64,000 nucleotides of DNA from an uncultured Bacteroidales bacterium (GCA_910585445.1 CAJUEK010000007.1:1596-65595); one strand, 5' to 3'; shown: positions 38,422 through 50,254, counted from the stretch's first letter. Translations and numbers: made by a program. The notes: generated by a model not told the origin, from the sequence alone.

Positions 38422-39789
38422 TTATTTTTTCTGGGCGGCCCTTCCCCTGATTATGCGGACCACATCACCCTTGGCAATGCGGATGATATCCAGAAGAGGA
38501 ATGTTCGCAGGGCAGCTGTACAGACAGCATCCGCACTCGATGCAGTCCTGTACGGCATTTTCCTCAAGCTCGTCCATCATTCCGTTTCTTGCATATTTGT
38601 TCAGAAGGAACGGCTCGAGTCCCATAGGACATGCGTCCGCACATTTTCCGCAACGGATGCAGGCAGACTCGGCCTGGCGCACCGTCTGTGCTGCAGTGAG
38701 GTACAGGAGCGAAGATGAGCCTTTCACAGTAGCTGCATCCAGATTGGCGATGGCTTTTCCCATCATAGGGCCACCGCTGATTATCTTGGCAGCCTGCTCA
38801 GGCACTCCTCCCGCATACTCTGCCACATATGAAAGCGGCATTCCGATACGGAATTTGTAGTTATGCTGCATGTCAGCAGGAAGGCAGTCTCCGGTTACCG
38901 TAAGCACATTGGTGACAAGAGGCATGTTCTTCTGCACCGCCTCATATACCGCAAGCGAAGTGGCGACATTCTGAACGACAGCACCGACATCTATAGGAAG
39001 CCCCATGGACTTGACCTGACGTCCCATGACTGCGTCAATGAGCTGTTTCTCTCCTCCCTGCGGATATTTTTTCTTGAGAGACATCACTGAAATGCCCTCA
39101 TAGCCTTTCGCAGACTTCTGAAGCTCAGCCACAGCCTCGGACATCACCCTTATGGCTTCCGGCTTGTTCTCCTCAATGCCGATTACAGTGCGGCAGCCTC
39201 CGAGGACATGCTTCATTATCGCTGCTCCGACCACAATCTCGCGGCTTCTCTCGAGCATGATGCGATAATCGGAAGTCAGATACGGCTCGCACTCCGCTCC
39301 GTTCAGGATAAGGCACTCGGCCTTCTTGCCCGGAGGAGGGCAAAGCTTGACATGGGCAGGGAAGGTTGCTCCGCCGAGACCGACCACGCCGTTGAGCTTG
39401 ATTTTCTCAAGGATAGCCTTGACGTCTTCCGGAATCTCAGTGACAAGCTTGTCAGAAAGATCGATGCCCTCAGCCCACTCGTCTCCTTCCACGTCTATCT
39501 CCACATGCACCATGTTGTTTCCGGCAATATCCTTGCGCGGTCCGACAGACTTAACCGTACCGGACACAGAAGAATGCACATATGCAGAAATGAATCCGGC
39601 CGGCTCGGCAATGACCTGTCCGGCCTTCACCTTGTCACCAGCCTTCACAACCGGAACAGCCGGCGCGCCGAGATGCTGCGCCATTGAAATGAACACCTTT
39701 GAAGGAAGAGGAAGCACCTCAATCCTGCAATCTTTGGAAATCTTGCTGTCGGCAGGATGTATTCCGCCTATTGAAAATGTCTTCATCAT
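38422..39789 (-). CDS. rnfC: Rnf complex subunit C
   Basis: GGIHP, GLGGATFP, NGAECEPY, two 4Fe-4S motifs. Confidence 0.96.
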   Translation of the reverse strand: MMKTFSIGGIHPADSKISKDCRIEVLPLPSKVFISMAQHLGAPAVPVVKAGDKVKAGQVIAEPAGFISAYVHSSVSGTVKSVGPRKDIAGNNMVHVEIDVEGDEWAEGIDLSDKLVTEIPEDVKAILEKIKLNGVVGLGGATFPAHVKLCPPPGKKAECLILNGAECEPYLTSDYRIMLERSREIVVGAAIMKHVLGGCRTVIGIEENKPEAIRVMSEAVAELQKSAKGYEGISVMSLKKKYPQGGEKQLIDAVMGRQVKSMGLPIDVGAVVQNVATSLAVYEAVQKNMPLVTNVLTVTGDCLPADMQHNYKFRIGMPLSYVAEYAGGVPEQAAKIISGGPMMGKAIANLDAATVKGSSSLLYLTAAQTVRQAESACIRCGKCADACPMGLEPFLLNKYARNGMMDELEENAVQDCIECGCCLYSCPANIPLLDIIRIAKGDVVRIIRGRAAQKK

Positions 39790-39790
39790 T

Positions 39791-40705
39791 CTATTCCTCC
39801 TTTGCTTTAGGTTGGTCCGCAGGCTGGGCTTCCTTTGCCGTAACCGCTGCCTGTACAGGTGCAGCCGAAGCCGCAGGCTTGTTGACAACAGGGAAATTCA
39901 CCGCATGGATTGCCCCTGTAGGACACTCTGCCACACATTTCTTGCAGAGCTTGCATTTGGTGAAATCAATGTAGGCAAGGTTGTTCTCTACCGTGATGGC
40001 ATCGAAAGGACAGACTTTCGCGCACTTTCCGCAACCGATGCATGCAGCGGAGCAGGCCTTGCGGGCAACAGCTCCCTTGTCCTTGTTCACGCATGATACG
40101 AACACTCTCATGTTGCGGCGTCCCTTGTTGCGAAGCTCGATGATGGCTTTCGGACATGCCTTCACGCACGCGCCGCAAGCAGTACATTTCTCCTCGTCAA
40201 CCACAGGAAGACCTGTCGCAGGGTCCATTGAGATGGCGCCGAACTGGCATGCGGCAACACAGTCTCCGCAGCCCAGGCAGCCGAATGCACAGCCGGTGTC
40301 ACCGCTGTAGAGGGCGGCCTTCACGCGGCATGAATTGTATCCGCCGTACTCATTGGTGCGGGGACGCATCTCACATGTTCCGTTGCAGCGAACCACGGCT
40401 ACCATAGGTTCCTTTGCGGCAACCTCAAGTCCGAGCACAGATGCAACTTTCTGCATAACGTCATTGCCTCCGACAGGGCAGAAATTGTTGTCCAGGTTCG
40501 GAGCCTCAACGCAAGACTGTGCGAATGCACGGCAGCCGGCATGTCCGCAGCCTCCGCAGTTCGCACCAGGCAATACCTTCTCCACCTCGTCGATTCTCGG
40601 GTCTTCCTCCACCTTGAACTTCTTTGCAACAAGGTAAAGGACCACCGCAAGCACGACTCCAAGGAGCGTGAGGATTGCAATAGTCCAGATAATCGTTTGT
40701 GTCAT
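39791..40705 (-). CDS. rnfB: Rnf complex subunit B
   Basis: LPGANCGGCG; multiple CxxCxxC motifs. Confidence 0.95.
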   Translation of the reverse strand: MTQTIIWTIAILTLLGVVLAVVLYLVAKKFKVEEDPRIDEVEKVLPGANCGGCGHAGCRAFAQSCVEAPNLDNNFCPVGGNDVMQKVASVLGLEVAAKEPMVAVVRCNGTCEMRPRTNEYGGYNSCRVKAALYSGDTGCAFGCLGCGDCVAACQFGAISMDPATGLPVVDEEKCTACGACVKACPKAIIELRNKGRRNMRVFVSCVNKDKGAVARKACSAACIGCGKCAKVCPFDAITVENNLAYIDFTKCKLCKKCVAECPTGAIHAVNFPVVNKPAASAAPVQAAVTAKEAQPADQPKAKEE

Positions 40706-40739
40706 TATAGTTATAATTTAGTTGTTGTTTCCGGCAGGG

Positions 40740-41162
40740 TCATTTCTCCTTTATATAAAAGACAAATTCATCCGCAAGCCTGTCCCTGAAGAGCCAGACA
40801 AACAGATAATATACAGCCACTCCGGCTATGGCAGCAAGTCCCCTCAGAGGCTCGTTGCCGATAACGGGCGACAAAGATAATATTAAAATCATTAAAACCG
40901 CCAAAGGGATGACATAAGATATCCATACGGCCTTGAGCCCCATGCTCTTTTTCATGAATACCCGCACATTGTCGCCTTCCTCCCAGGACGCATACGGGTC
41001 CGTGGGAAGCATTATGACCTTGCGTTCCTCCTCCGAAACCCCGCACATGCCCTTGGCGTGGCATGAGGAACATGCGGAAGATGCGATTATCTCCACCGAA
41101 GTGAATTCCGGCGTTATCTCCACAATCTTACCGTCATGGGCTATTTCATCTCTGCTCTTCAT
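40740..41162 (-). CDS. rseC: RseC/MucC family protein
   Basis: SACSSCHAKGMC motif; two C-terminal TMs; upstream of rnfB. Confidence 0.88.
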   Translation of the reverse strand: MKSRDEIAHDGKIVEITPEFTSVEIIASSACSSCHAKGMCGVSEEERKVIMLPTDPYASWEEGDNVRVFMKKSMGLKAVWISYVIPLAVLMILILSLSPVIGNEPLRGLAAIAGVAVYYLFVWLFRDRLADEFVFYIKEK

Positions 41163-41168
41163 AGTAAA

Positions 41169-42080
41169 TCAATATTTTTTCTGTCCCGAAAGCGATGAGA
41201 AAGGATGCTTCAGCCCCTCATAAGCGCTGAGCCTGCCGGAAGCAGTGCCGACAAGAATCGGAGCCTCGAAATATACAGGCACCCTGTTGTCATCATCCGA
41301 TATCCATATAATCATGTCCTCCTCTCCGTTGAACACTTCTCCGGCAAGAAGCTTTGCGGCAAACTTCACCGTCCTGACGTTTCCAAGGCCCTTGACCTTT
41401 TTCGTCTCACGGCCAAGCATGATGAAATATACATTATATATGTCATCATCTATGGCGAAAGTCATCGGATACCTCTTCCCCACCTCGACATTGTCCATAT
41501 CCATGTTCCTCGCAAAAAAGAAAAGGGCGGGCAAATCGTAGGTGCATGGCGTCAGGGGCATTTCCAGCGACCTCTCGCCCGAGCTTGTTGAATATACGTC
41601 CGCATCAATATGCGGGTCATCTGCCGTCCAGTCATACAGATAGGTATTCCTGGCCCTGTAGCTTCCCTCCTGGGTGTCACGCGTGAATTTAAGCGGCCTC
41701 AGCCCGTCACATGTAAACCATGACCTGAAATCCTCGCGGACCTTGAAGAACAGGTCATAAATCCTGCTCGTTTTTCCATATACGGTGCACCGGAAAGCTT
41801 TCTCGCCATTGAAGCGTACAGTGTCGAGGCTTACGGTTCCGGTTCCCACGTCAGAATTGACGGCCCCCCATTTATAATGCACCGTAAATGTAAGTTTCTC
41901 TCCAGCCCCGAAAGCGAGTGAGTCTCCCGCCGATGTCCTGACCGGGACACAGGACGTTTTTCCGTATCCGTTCTTTTCCCGCGCAGCCGTGGCGACAAGA
42001 GCCAGGCATGCGAAGGCAATAATTATTGAAAAAAGTCTCATTGCATACATAATTGATGATTTCCTGAGGGGAATCACCAT
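41169..42080 (-). CDS. DUF3108-like exported protein
   Basis: Signal peptide; AFGAGEKLTF; FFKVRE; IWISDDDNRVPV. Confidence 0.75.
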   Translation of the reverse strand: MVIPLRKSSIMYAMRLFSIIIAFACLALVATAAREKNGYGKTSCVPVRTSAGDSLAFGAGEKLTFTVHYKWGAVNSDVGTGTVSLDTVRFNGEKAFRCTVYGKTSRIYDLFFKVREDFRSWFTCDGLRPLKFTRDTQEGSYRARNTYLYDWTADDPHIDADVYSTSSGERSLEMPLTPCTYDLPALFFFARNMDMDNVEVGKRYPMTFAIDDDIYNVYFIMLGRETKKVKGLGNVRTVKFAAKLLAGEVFNGEEDMIIWISDDDNRVPVYFEAPILVGTASGRLSAYEGLKHPFSSLSGQKKY

Positions 42081-43603
42081 TCACCATTCGGGCCAAACTC
42101 GTCAACAGGCCCGACAGACGGACCCATCATTCCGGCCGGAGGCAGGGCGTCATCATTCATGGCAGAGCCGACAGGCTGCATATCAGCCTGGCTGACAAGA
42201 CTTTCAGACTCATCGACGAAACGTACCTCGTCAGCACGGAATTTCATGTCGATATCAGCGATTGCACCGTTCCTGTGCTTGGCTATGATTATCTGCGTCC
42301 TTCCCACATCGTCCGGATTGTCGGAAAGTCCCTGATAGTCATACCTGTGTATGAATACCACCATATCCGCATCCTGCTCGATTGAACCGGACTCACGCAA
42401 GTCGCTCAGCTGAGGCCTGCGGTTGCTTCCCTGCCTGTTCTCGGACTGGCGGGACAGCTGTGACAAGGCGATTATAGGCACATTCATCTCCTTGGCCGTA
42501 GCCTTGAGTGTCCTCGATATGGCTGCAACCTCCTGCTCACGCATACCGCGCAGCTCTGAAGGTCCCTGCATAAGCTGGAGATAATCGACAACGATAAGCC
42601 TTACGCCTTTCTGCTTCACCAGCTTCTTCACCTTTGAACGGAACTCCATCACGGGAAGCGAAGGAGTGTCGTCAATATACATCGGGGCTTTCACGAGCCT
42701 CTTGAGCTGGATGTCGAGCTGCTCCCACTCCCAGTCACGTATAGGCTCTCCTCCCCTGAACTTGTCCGCATTGAGCCTCGTCTCCGAGACCATCATACGT
42801 TTTGCAAGCTGGATTGAAGGCATCTCAAGAGAGAAGAAAGCCACAGGCATGTTGAAATCCACTGCGGCGTTCCTCGCAAGGTTGAGCACGAATGCGGTCT
42901 TTCCCACAGATGGGCGGGCAGCAAGAATGATAAGGTCCGAGGCCTGCCAGCCCTGGGTAATCTTGTCAAGCGAAGGGAATCCGGACGGAACACCGCTGAG
43001 TCCCGAGGACTTCTGCAGACGCTGGATATCCTCCAGGGCCTCATTCACGACCTTTCCGATTTCCTGGACATCCCTCTTGACATTGTTCTGGATGGCCGCA
43101 AACACCTTGGTCTGGGCCTGGTCGATGAGGTCATCCACATTGACCGACTCATCATATGAGGTCTTGAGAATTTCGTATGATGCGGTGATGAGTTCCCTCT
43201 GTATGCACTTCTGCTTGAGTATCCTTATATAATACTCGATATGCGCGGCCGCACCGATTTTCTGTGACAGCTGCGCAAGGGCGACCGTTCCGCCGACAGC
43301 CTCCAGATTTCCTTCCGACTTGAGTTTCTGCGTCACTGACAGGATGTCCAGGGCCACATGCTCATTGGTAAGGGAGCGCATGGCATTGAAGACCATCTTG
43401 TGCTTGTCGCTATAGAAACAGCTTGACGTAAGCTCGTCCATAGCCTCGTCAATGCAGTTCGGCTCTATCAGAAGCGCGCCGAGGACAGCCTCTTCGACAT
43501 CAAGAGCTTGAGGCGGTCTGTTACCCATCTCAAGCCCTAATGTGTCCAGATTGACTCCCGGACCTTTGCTTCTGACCGATTTTCTCTTTCCCGGTTCAGC
43601 CAT
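42074..43603 (-). CDS. dnaB: Replicative DNA helicase
   Basis: AARPSVGKT, VDYLQL, DLRESGSIEQDAD. Confidence 0.98.
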   Translation of the reverse strand: MAEPGKRKSVRSKGPGVNLDTLGLEMGNRPPQALDVEEAVLGALLIEPNCIDEAMDELTSSCFYSDKHKMVFNAMRSLTNEHVALDILSVTQKLKSEGNLEAVGGTVALAQLSQKIGAAAHIEYYIRILKQKCIQRELITASYEILKTSYDESVNVDDLIDQAQTKVFAAIQNNVKRDVQEIGKVVNEALEDIQRLQKSSGLSGVPSGFPSLDKITQGWQASDLIILAARPSVGKTAFVLNLARNAAVDFNMPVAFFSLEMPSIQLAKRMMVSETRLNADKFRGGEPIRDWEWEQLDIQLKRLVKAPMYIDDTPSLPVMEFRSKVKKLVKQKGVRLIVVDYLQLMQGPSELRGMREQEVAAISRTLKATAKEMNVPIIALSQLSRQSENRQGSNRRPQLSDLRESGSIEQDADMVVFIHRYDYQGLSDNPDDVGRTQIIIAKHRNGAIADIDMKFRADEVRFVDESESLVSQADMQPVGSAMNDDALPPAGMMGPSVGPVDEFGPNGEW

Positions 43604-43615
43604 ATTTCCTGCGGC

Positions 43616-44425
43616 TTATTCGAAGTCAGGGTTCACAAGAATCCTTCCGCAGTGTTCGCAGATTATAAGCTTCCTGTTGGCAGCGATGTCGATGAGCCTC
43701 TGCGGAGCTATAGTGTTGAAGCATCCTCCGCAAGAGTCCCCGTTGAATACGGACACAACTGCAAGATGGTTCATGAAGCTCTGCCTGATGCGGTCATATG
43801 CGTTCATAGTCCTGTCATCAATCTTGGCGGCGCAGGCATCCCTGTTGGCACGGAGCTTCTCCTCGTCCTTCGCGGTAGACTCCACGATGTTGGCAAGTTC
43901 CTCTTTCTTTGCCTTGAGGTCATCTGTCCTTATTGAAATCTTCTCCTTTATCACCTCAAGCTCATTCTTCTTGTCGAAAATGCGCTCCTTGGCCTCGCCG
44001 ATATGCTTCTCGGCAATCTGACGGAGAAGGCCCTGGTTCTCTATCTCCTTGTTGAGGGAGTCATACTCACGGCTGTTGGCTATGTTCTCGAGCTGAGCCT
44101 TGTACTTCTCCATCTGGGCATCACAGTCAGTGATGTTGAACTTGTTCTCAGCGATGAACTTGTTGTACTCCTCAATCTGTCCGGCAATGTGAGCGGACTT
44201 TGCCTTCAGCTCGGCAATCTCAGCCTCAAGGTTCTCCACCTCGACAGGAAGCTCTCCGCGAAGCTGGAGAATCTTGTCGATAGCGGTGTCGGCCTGCTGG
44301 AGCACATACAAAGTCTTGAGCTTCTCCGGAACACTCAGGTCAGAGTCAGCAAAGTTCTTCTGGATGGACACGAAAGTCTCCCTCTGGTCAATGGGAGTTT
44401 CGATTTTCTTTGTCTTTTTAGCCAT
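43616..44425 (-). CDS. Coiled-coil C4 zinc-ribbon protein
   Basis: Long coiled coil; CGGC...CEHCGRIL. Confidence 0.9.
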   Translation of the reverse strand: MAKKTKKIETPIDQRETFVSIQKNFADSDLSVPEKLKTLYVLQQADTAIDKILQLRGELPVEVENLEAEIAELKAKSAHIAGQIEEYNKFIAENKFNITDCDAQMEKYKAQLENIANSREYDSLNKEIENQGLLRQIAEKHIGEAKERIFDKKNELEVIKEKISIRTDDLKAKKEELANIVESTAKDEEKLRANRDACAAKIDDRTMNAYDRIRQSFMNHLAVVSVFNGDSCGGCFNTIAPQRLIDIAANRKLIICEHCGRILVNPDFE

Positions 44426-44430
44426 ATCGC

Positions 44431-45213
44431 TTAATAATAAAATATCGGGTTACTATATATATTCCGTGTAATGCGAACTGCAAAGGTAGGAAAATTTTTC
44501 TTTATCAGGGAAAATAAAATGTCAACTATCTCTATCTCACTTTCATAATGCCCCACATCCATAATCATGAAGTCTCCCCAAGTGAAGAAATTGTGGTATG
44601 AGATGTCCCCGCTGAGATAAAGCTGGGCACCGGCAGCCCTTGCCGCGCCTATAAGCGAGCCTCCCGAACCGCCGCACATGGCCACCCTGCTTATCTTACC
44701 CTCAACAGGACGTGAGGAGCGGAGCATTTTCAGGGAAAAACGTTCCTTGACAAGGTCCGCAGCCTCTCCCGCCGACAATGGAACAGGAAGGTCACCGACC
44801 GCTCCCAGCCCGTATCCGTTTCCGTCATCCTCCAGCAAGGTTATGTTTTCAAGACCGAGCCTTGAGGCCATTGCCCCGCTGACACCGGCCATAACCTTGT
44901 CCGCGCTCGTATGTGCCGCATATACGGAAATCCCGGCACGGACAGCCTTTGTCACTGCCGCCCCCACGGGGTCATCCGGCGTAATGCGCTTCAGACCCGA
45001 GAATATCAGCGGGTGATGCGTCACTATCATGTCTGCGCCGCACTCGATGGCTTCATCCACAAGTTCAGGCGTACAGTCCAGGGCAAGAAGCACGGAACTT
45101 GCCTCCGCGTCAGGCGAACCTATGCAAAGGCCGCTGTTGTCCCACTTCTCCTGCACCGACACCGGAGCGAATGCCTCAATCGCCGCGATTACATCGCTTA
45201 CCTTATATTTCAT
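44431..45213 (-). CDS. Nif3-like dinuclear metal center protein
   Basis: WDNSGL, HHPLIF, GHYESE. Confidence 0.95.
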   Translation of the reverse strand: MKYKVSDVIAAIEAFAPVSVQEKWDNSGLCIGSPDAEASSVLLALDCTPELVDEAIECGADMIVTHHPLIFSGLKRITPDDPVGAAVTKAVRAGISVYAAHTSADKVMAGVSGAMASRLGLENITLLEDDGNGYGLGAVGDLPVPLSAGEAADLVKERFSLKMLRSSRPVEGKISRVAMCGGSGGSLIGAARAAGAQLYLSGDISYHNFFTWGDFMIMDVGHYESEIEIVDILFSLIKKNFPTFAVRITRNIYSNPIFYY

Positions 45214-45536
45214 TTCAGTTCCTCCCTTATTTCAGCAAGCTGCTGCCTTACCGCCCTCAGCGACTCAAGCACGCGTGCCTTGTTCACAACATCCGTCTTT
45301 TCACCGGCAAGCCTTTTGGCAGCCCCTTCGAGAGTCAGCCCCTCAACCTTTACAAGAAGATGAATCTGCTTGAACATCTCCACATCCTCCTTTGTGAACA
45401 GGCGGTTTCCCTTTGCATTTCTCTGCGGACGGATGAATTTTGGAAACTCATTTGACCAGAACCTGACAAGAGACGTGCTCTCGCCAAGGATTCCGGCGAC
45501 CTCACCTATAGTATAAAGGTATTTCTCCATATCCAT
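45210..45536 (-). CDS. MerR family regulator
   Basis: YTIGEVA, VRFW, GNRLF. Confidence 0.92.
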   Translation of the reverse strand: MDMEKYLYTIGEVAGILGESTSLVRFWSNEFPKFIRPQRNAKGNRLFTKEDVEMFKQIHLLVKVEGLTLEGAAKRLAGEKTDVVNKARVLESLRAVRQQLAEIREELK

Positions 45537-45567
45537 CTATATTTAAAGAATCATTGTCCGGGCAGGC

Positions 45568-46509
45568 CTAATCCATGGACTGGCCCACAGATGCAGACAT
45601 TATCAGCATATTAACATAATCATCCGGGCTTACAGATGCGAAAAAGAAGTTCACCGGGTCAAGCGCCACCGTGTCACGCCACACTTCATAATGCAGATGA
45701 GGGGCAAAAGAATTGCCAGACACGCCGACGTTCCCGAGCAAAGTTCCCTTTGTGACCTTGCGGCCTTTCACCGCGACAACATCCTCAAGGTGGGCATATT
45801 TTGTAACATAGTCTCCCTCATGGGCCACGACAACCACATTGCCAAGCCCTTTGCGCGAGCGTATCACATCGGCCACTACACCGTCCGCCGCCGCATAAAC
45901 CGGCGTACCGGAAGGGGCTATGACATCAAGTCCGTTATGGCGCATCTCTATCTTGTAAAACGGATTCATCTTCTCACCGACAGACGCCCCGGTCTGGGCA
46001 AAAGTGAAGTCAGAAAGAGGAGATGTCATCGGCGGCATCACGAAACCGCTGTCCGAAAGCGTAGACATCACATGCCGGAAATTGTCTTCAACCGAAGCAG
46101 CTCCGCTCTCAAGAGAAGACAGTTTCAGGGCCACATGCCTGACAAGGTTGTCATCCGGAACAGAATCGATTCCAGCCAGAAAATCAAGGGAAGAAAACGG
46201 GTCCATGGCCGGAGCCGGAGCATCGAATATCTCCCCGTAAATCTGGTCATCCCTTGCGGCTAGGCCGTCTATCACATCTGAAAGCAGTTTCTCCTTCTGC
46301 CCGAGCACGGCAAGCTCACGCTCATACATGGCGTTCTCCTGCTCAAGCCTGCGCTCCGTGTCCGTACTGAAGAACAGGGAGAAAATAGCATAATAGAGGA
46401 CTGCCATGGATATTGTCGAGACAAAGAAAATGAGCACGCGCTTTATAATCGCCCATGCCCCAGCCTTCGGCTTCTTTTTTCCCGGTCCTGTCACATTGAT
46501 ACGGCTCAT
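45568..46509 (-). CDS. M23 family peptidase
   Basis: HNGLD, YAHL, PHLHYEV. Confidence 0.92.
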   Translation of the reverse strand: MSRINVTGPGKKKPKAGAWAIIKRVLIFFVSTISMAVLYYAIFSLFFSTDTERRLEQENAMYERELAVLGQKEKLLSDVIDGLAARDDQIYGEIFDAPAPAMDPFSSLDFLAGIDSVPDDNLVRHVALKLSSLESGAASVEDNFRHVMSTLSDSGFVMPPMTSPLSDFTFAQTGASVGEKMNPFYKIEMRHNGLDVIAPSGTPVYAAADGVVADVIRSRKGLGNVVVVAHEGDYVTKYAHLEDVVAVKGRKVTKGTLLGNVGVSGNSFAPHLHYEVWRDTVALDPVNFFFASVSPDDYVNMLIMSASVGQSMD

Positions 46510-47489
46510 GAGCGGCCTCTCCTTCCTGTGTGAGAAGGATGCATGGCCACCAGTTCAGAAGCTTCCGGAGCGCCATGCACCATAACCGCATATTCCTCGG
46601 ACGAGACAGACAGGTCATAATAATTGGCCGGGTTCACATGGTTTCCTTTATAAAGGACCTCGTAATGAAGATGCGGGCCTGAAGACTTACCGGAATTTCC
46701 GCTCAGCCCGAGGCATTCCCCGCGCTTCACCTTCATTCCCTCCACCACTCCGATGGACTTCATGTGCGCATATCTTGTCTTGTAACCGAAGCCATGGTTC
46801 ACAACCACCTGGTTTCCGTAGCCGAAAAATTCGAATTTCACTGTCTCCACAACGCCGTCACCTGTGGCATATACGGGATTTCCTGACTTCAGGGCGAAAT
46901 CCACGCCGGTATGCCTGGCAGACCTGCCGCTGAAAGGGTCAGACCTGTAGCCGAAGCTGCTTGATATCCTGCATTTGCCGGGAGAAGGGTCTACGGGAGG
47001 GATGGCAGGTATGCAAAGGGCCATCTCACCCGCACGGCGGGACAGCTCCGCCACCTCGTCAAAAGACTTGCTCTGCACATATGACTTCTTGGTGAGCATG
47101 TCAAGCCGGATTGCTGCCCTCTTGAGCAGGCCGTTCCTGTCAACCTCATCATAATGGGCGTATCTGTTGACTCCGCCGAAACCGGCGTTCCTGACCTCAG
47201 CCGGAATCTCGTTCATACCGAATATGGAGCGGTAAATGTCATCGTCCCTCATCTGCAAAGCGGAAAGAGTGGCGTCGCATTCATCAAGATGCCTGTCCAG
47301 CACTTCTATCTTGGAACACCATTCCGCATTCTTTTTCTTGAGAATGGCGGTCTTGGGCAGTTCCAGGCCAAGCACTGATACATAGATATGTGCATAGAGA
47401 CCGGTCATGACAAGGCTGACGGCAAAGAGAAATGCCGTCCTATATACGCGTGACCTGCCCCTTAAAATAATGTTTCGTTTCTTGGACAT
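46506..47489 (-). CDS. M23 family peptidase
   Basis: HTGVDF, YAHM, GPHLHYEV. Confidence 0.92.
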   Translation of the reverse strand: MSKKRNIILRGRSRVYRTAFLFAVSLVMTGLYAHIYVSVLGLELPKTAILKKKNAEWCSKIEVLDRHLDECDATLSALQMRDDDIYRSIFGMNEIPAEVRNAGFGGVNRYAHYDEVDRNGLLKRAAIRLDMLTKKSYVQSKSFDEVAELSRRAGEMALCIPAIPPVDPSPGKCRISSSFGYRSDPFSGRSARHTGVDFALKSGNPVYATGDGVVETVKFEFFGYGNQVVVNHGFGYKTRYAHMKSIGVVEGMKVKRGECLGLSGNSGKSSGPHLHYEVLYKGNHVNPANYYDLSVSSEEYAVMVHGAPEASELVAMHPSHTGRRGRS

Positions 47490-47618
47490 GGCGCAAAGAT
47501 AGCCAAATTCCGCTTCATTGCTTTATAAAATAAGAAAAAAGTTGTAATTTTGCGGGTTATTATGCCTGTAGGGCCGTGTGGCCGGGGCATATGTAAAATG
47601 ATAATAATTAAAAGAAAT

Positions 47619-50234
47619 ATGACCTCTAAAGAAATCAGAAAGGCCTTTTTGGACTTCTTCGCTTCAAAAGGCCACCAGATAGTGCCTTCTGCACCTATGG
47701 TAGTTAAGAATGACCCTACACTGATGTTCACAAACGCAGGAATGAACCAGTTCAAGGACTGGTTCCTCGGAAACAGCACACCGAAATGGCCTCGCGTGAC
47801 CGACAGCCAGAAATGCCTGAGGGTCAGCGGGAAACACAATGACCTTGAAGAGGTGGGACACGACTCGTACCACCACACCATGTTCGAGATGCTCGGCAAC
47901 TGGAGCTTCGGTGACTATTTCAAGACAGAGGCCATTGACTGGGCATGGGAACTTCTTACCGAAGTATATAAAATCGACAGCGGAAAGCTCTATGCTACCG
48001 TGTTTGAAGGTTCTGAGGAAGACGGGACCAAGCTCGACACAGAGGCGATGGAGGCATGGAAGAAATATCTTCCTGAGGACAGGATTCTGCTCGGAAACAA
48101 GCATGACAACTTCTGGGAGATGGGCGACACAGGCCCTTGCGGACCATGCAGCGAAATACACATTGACCTCAGGAGCGACGAGGAGATTGCAGCACTTCCG
48201 GGAAGGGAGCTTGTGAACAAGGGACATCATCTTGTGATAGAGATATGGAACCTCGTGTTCATGCAGTACAACCGAAAGGCAAGCGGTGAGCTTGAGCTTC
48301 TGCCGAACAGGAATGTTGACACGGGCATGGGCTTCGAGCGCCTCTGCATGGCTCTCCAGGGCAAGCAGAGCAACTATGACACAGATGTGTTCACCGGAAT
48401 GATTAACAAGATAGAAGAACTTTCCGGCCAGAAATACGGCATTGACGGAAAGAAAGACGTGGCCATGCGCGTAATCGCAGACCATATCCGCGCAATCAGT
48501 TTCTCAATTGCCGACGGACAGCTTCCTTCAAATGTAAAGGCAGGGTATGTAATCAGGAGAATCCTCAGGCGCGCAGTGCGCTACGGCTACACTTTCCTCG
48601 GGTTCAACGAGCCTTTCCTGTGCCGTCTCGTCAGCCAACTTGCAGATGACATGGGAGAATTCTATCCTGAGCTCATCAGCCAGCAGACACTTATAGAAAG
48701 AGTCATCAAAGAAGAAGAGATGGCTTTCCTCCGCACCCTCGACAGGGGCATACGCCTGATGGACAACATCATGGAGAAGTCCAAGGAGAGCATGACGATA
48801 TCCGGAGAAGACGCTTTCACCCTTTACGACACCTTCGGCTTCCCTATCGACCTTTCCGAGCTTATCGCTTCAGAAAACGGATTCAAGATAGACCTTGAAG
48901 GCTTCAATGCCGAGCTTATGAAACAGAAGGAAAGGGCACGCAACGCCACTGCGATAGAGTCCGGTGACTGGGTAGAGTTCACCCATTGCGATAATATCGA
49001 GTTCCTCGGATACGACTGCACTGACATCGAAGGCGTGCAGCTCACAAGACACCGCACCGTCAAGGCCAAGAACAAGACAATGTACCAGCTCGTGTTCGAG
49101 CGCACACCTTTCTACGGCGAGATGGGAGGCCAGGTCGGTGACACCGGATATATCGTGTCGGAGAGCGGCGAGAAGATACTCATCACGGACACCATAAAGG
49201 AAAACAACCTGACTATACATGTTGCGGAGCGTATTCCTTCTGACTGCACGGAAAGCTTCAGCCTCCATGTTGACAGGGAAAGGAGGACTGCGATAGAGAA
49301 TAATCATACTGCTACCCACCTGCTGCACAGGGCATTGCGCGAGATTCTCGGCACGCACGTAGAGCAGAAAGGCTCATATGTCAGCGACAGGTACTTCCGT
49401 TTCGACTTCTCACATTTCGAGAAGCTTACTGATGAGCAGTTCGACCGTGTGGAGAAGAGGGTGAACGCCCTTATAAGGGAGAACAGCCGTCTTGATGAAA
49501 ACCGTAACGCAACGATGGAGGAGGCACAGCAGATGGGTGCGATGGCACTCTTCGGTGAGAAATACGGAGACACGGTGCGCGTGGTGAAATTCGGAGAATC
49601 ATGCGAACTGTGCGGAGGTACACATGCATCTGCAACTGGCCGCATAGGCTTCTTCAAGATATTGTCAGAGTCTGCCATAGCAGCCGGCGTGCGCCGTATA
49701 GAGGCAACCACCGGACTTCATGCAGAGATGGTAGTTGACGGCATGGAAAACAGCCTGCGCGTTGCAAAGGCATTCTTCAACAATGCCCCGGACCTTGCTG
49801 CTGCCATAAAGAAAATGGTGAGCGAGAACGAGGAGCTGAAGAAGAAGATGGAAGAGGTCATCAAGGAGAAGACCATAGCTCTCAAGCACTCCCTCACTGA
49901 GATAGCAAAGGTGATTAACGGCATCAATGTAGTCTGCATAGACCATGAGATGGACCCGGCAATGCTCAAGAACGCAGCTTTCATGCTTCAGAAAGAGGCG
50001 GAGAACCTTGTCATCGCGGCTGCTTTCGAGTCTGCAGGCAAGCCTCAGCTTCTGCTCATGTACTCTGAGGACCTCGTGAAGGCAGGTCACAATGCAGGTG
50101 CGGATGTGCGTGAAGCCGCAAAGCTCATCCTCGGAGGAGGAGGAGGACAGGCAGGACTCGCGACAGCGGGAGGAAAGAACCCTGAAGGCCTGAAGGACGC
50201 ACTCGCAAAGATGATTGAAGCAGCTACAAGATAA
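47619..50234 (+). CDS. alaS: Alanine--tRNA ligase
   Basis: [34 protein letters not shown]; -7 box TAATTTTG at 47545. Confidence 0.99.
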   Translation: MTSKEIRKAFLDFFASKGHQIVPSAPMVVKNDPTLMFTNAGMNQFKDWFLGNSTPKWPRVTDSQKCLRVSGKHNDLEEVGHDSYHHTMFEMLGNWSFGDYFKTEAIDWAWELLTEVYKIDSGKLYATVFEGSEEDGTKLDTEAMEAWKKYLPEDRILLGNKHDNFWEMGDTGPCGPCSEIHIDLRSDEEIAALPGRELVNKGHHLVIEIWNLVFMQYNRKASGELELLPNRNVDTGMGFERLCMALQGKQSNYDTDVFTGMINKIEELSGQKYGIDGKKDVAMRVIADHIRAISFSIADGQLPSNVKAGYVIRRILRRAVRYGYTFLGFNEPFLCRLVSQLADDMGEFYPELISQQTLIERVIKEEEMAFLRTLDRGIRLMDNIMEKSKESMTISGEDAFTLYDTFGFPIDLSELIASENGFKIDLEGFNAELMKQKERARNATAIESGDWVEFTHCDNIEFLGYDCTDIEGVQLTRHRTVKAKNKTMYQLVFERTPFYGEMGGQVGDTGYIVSESGEKILITDTIKENNLTIHVAERIPSDCTESFSLHVDRERRTAIENNHTATHLLHRALREILGTHVEQKGSYVSDRYFRFDFSHFEKLTDEQFDRVEKRVNALIRENSRLDENRNATMEEAQQMGAMALFGEKYGDTVRVVKFGESCELCGGTHASATGRIGFFKILSESAIAAGVRRIEATTGLHAEMVVDGMENSLRVAKAFFNNAPDLAAAIKKMVSENEELKKKMEEVIKEKTIALKHSLTEIAKVINGINVVCIDHEMDPAMLKNAAFMLQKEAENLVIAAAFESAGKPQLLLMYSEDLVKAGHNAGADVREAAKLILGGGGGQAGLATAGGKNPEGLKDALAKMIEAATR

Positions 50235-50254
50235 ATCAGGAAAGAGAGCCAAAG

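Noticed and set aside
45568..47489. Tandem M23 peptidases as a novel system
   Set aside because: The M23-MerR-alaS neighbourhood is ordinary Bacteroidales housekeeping synteny; a duplicate alone is weak evidence
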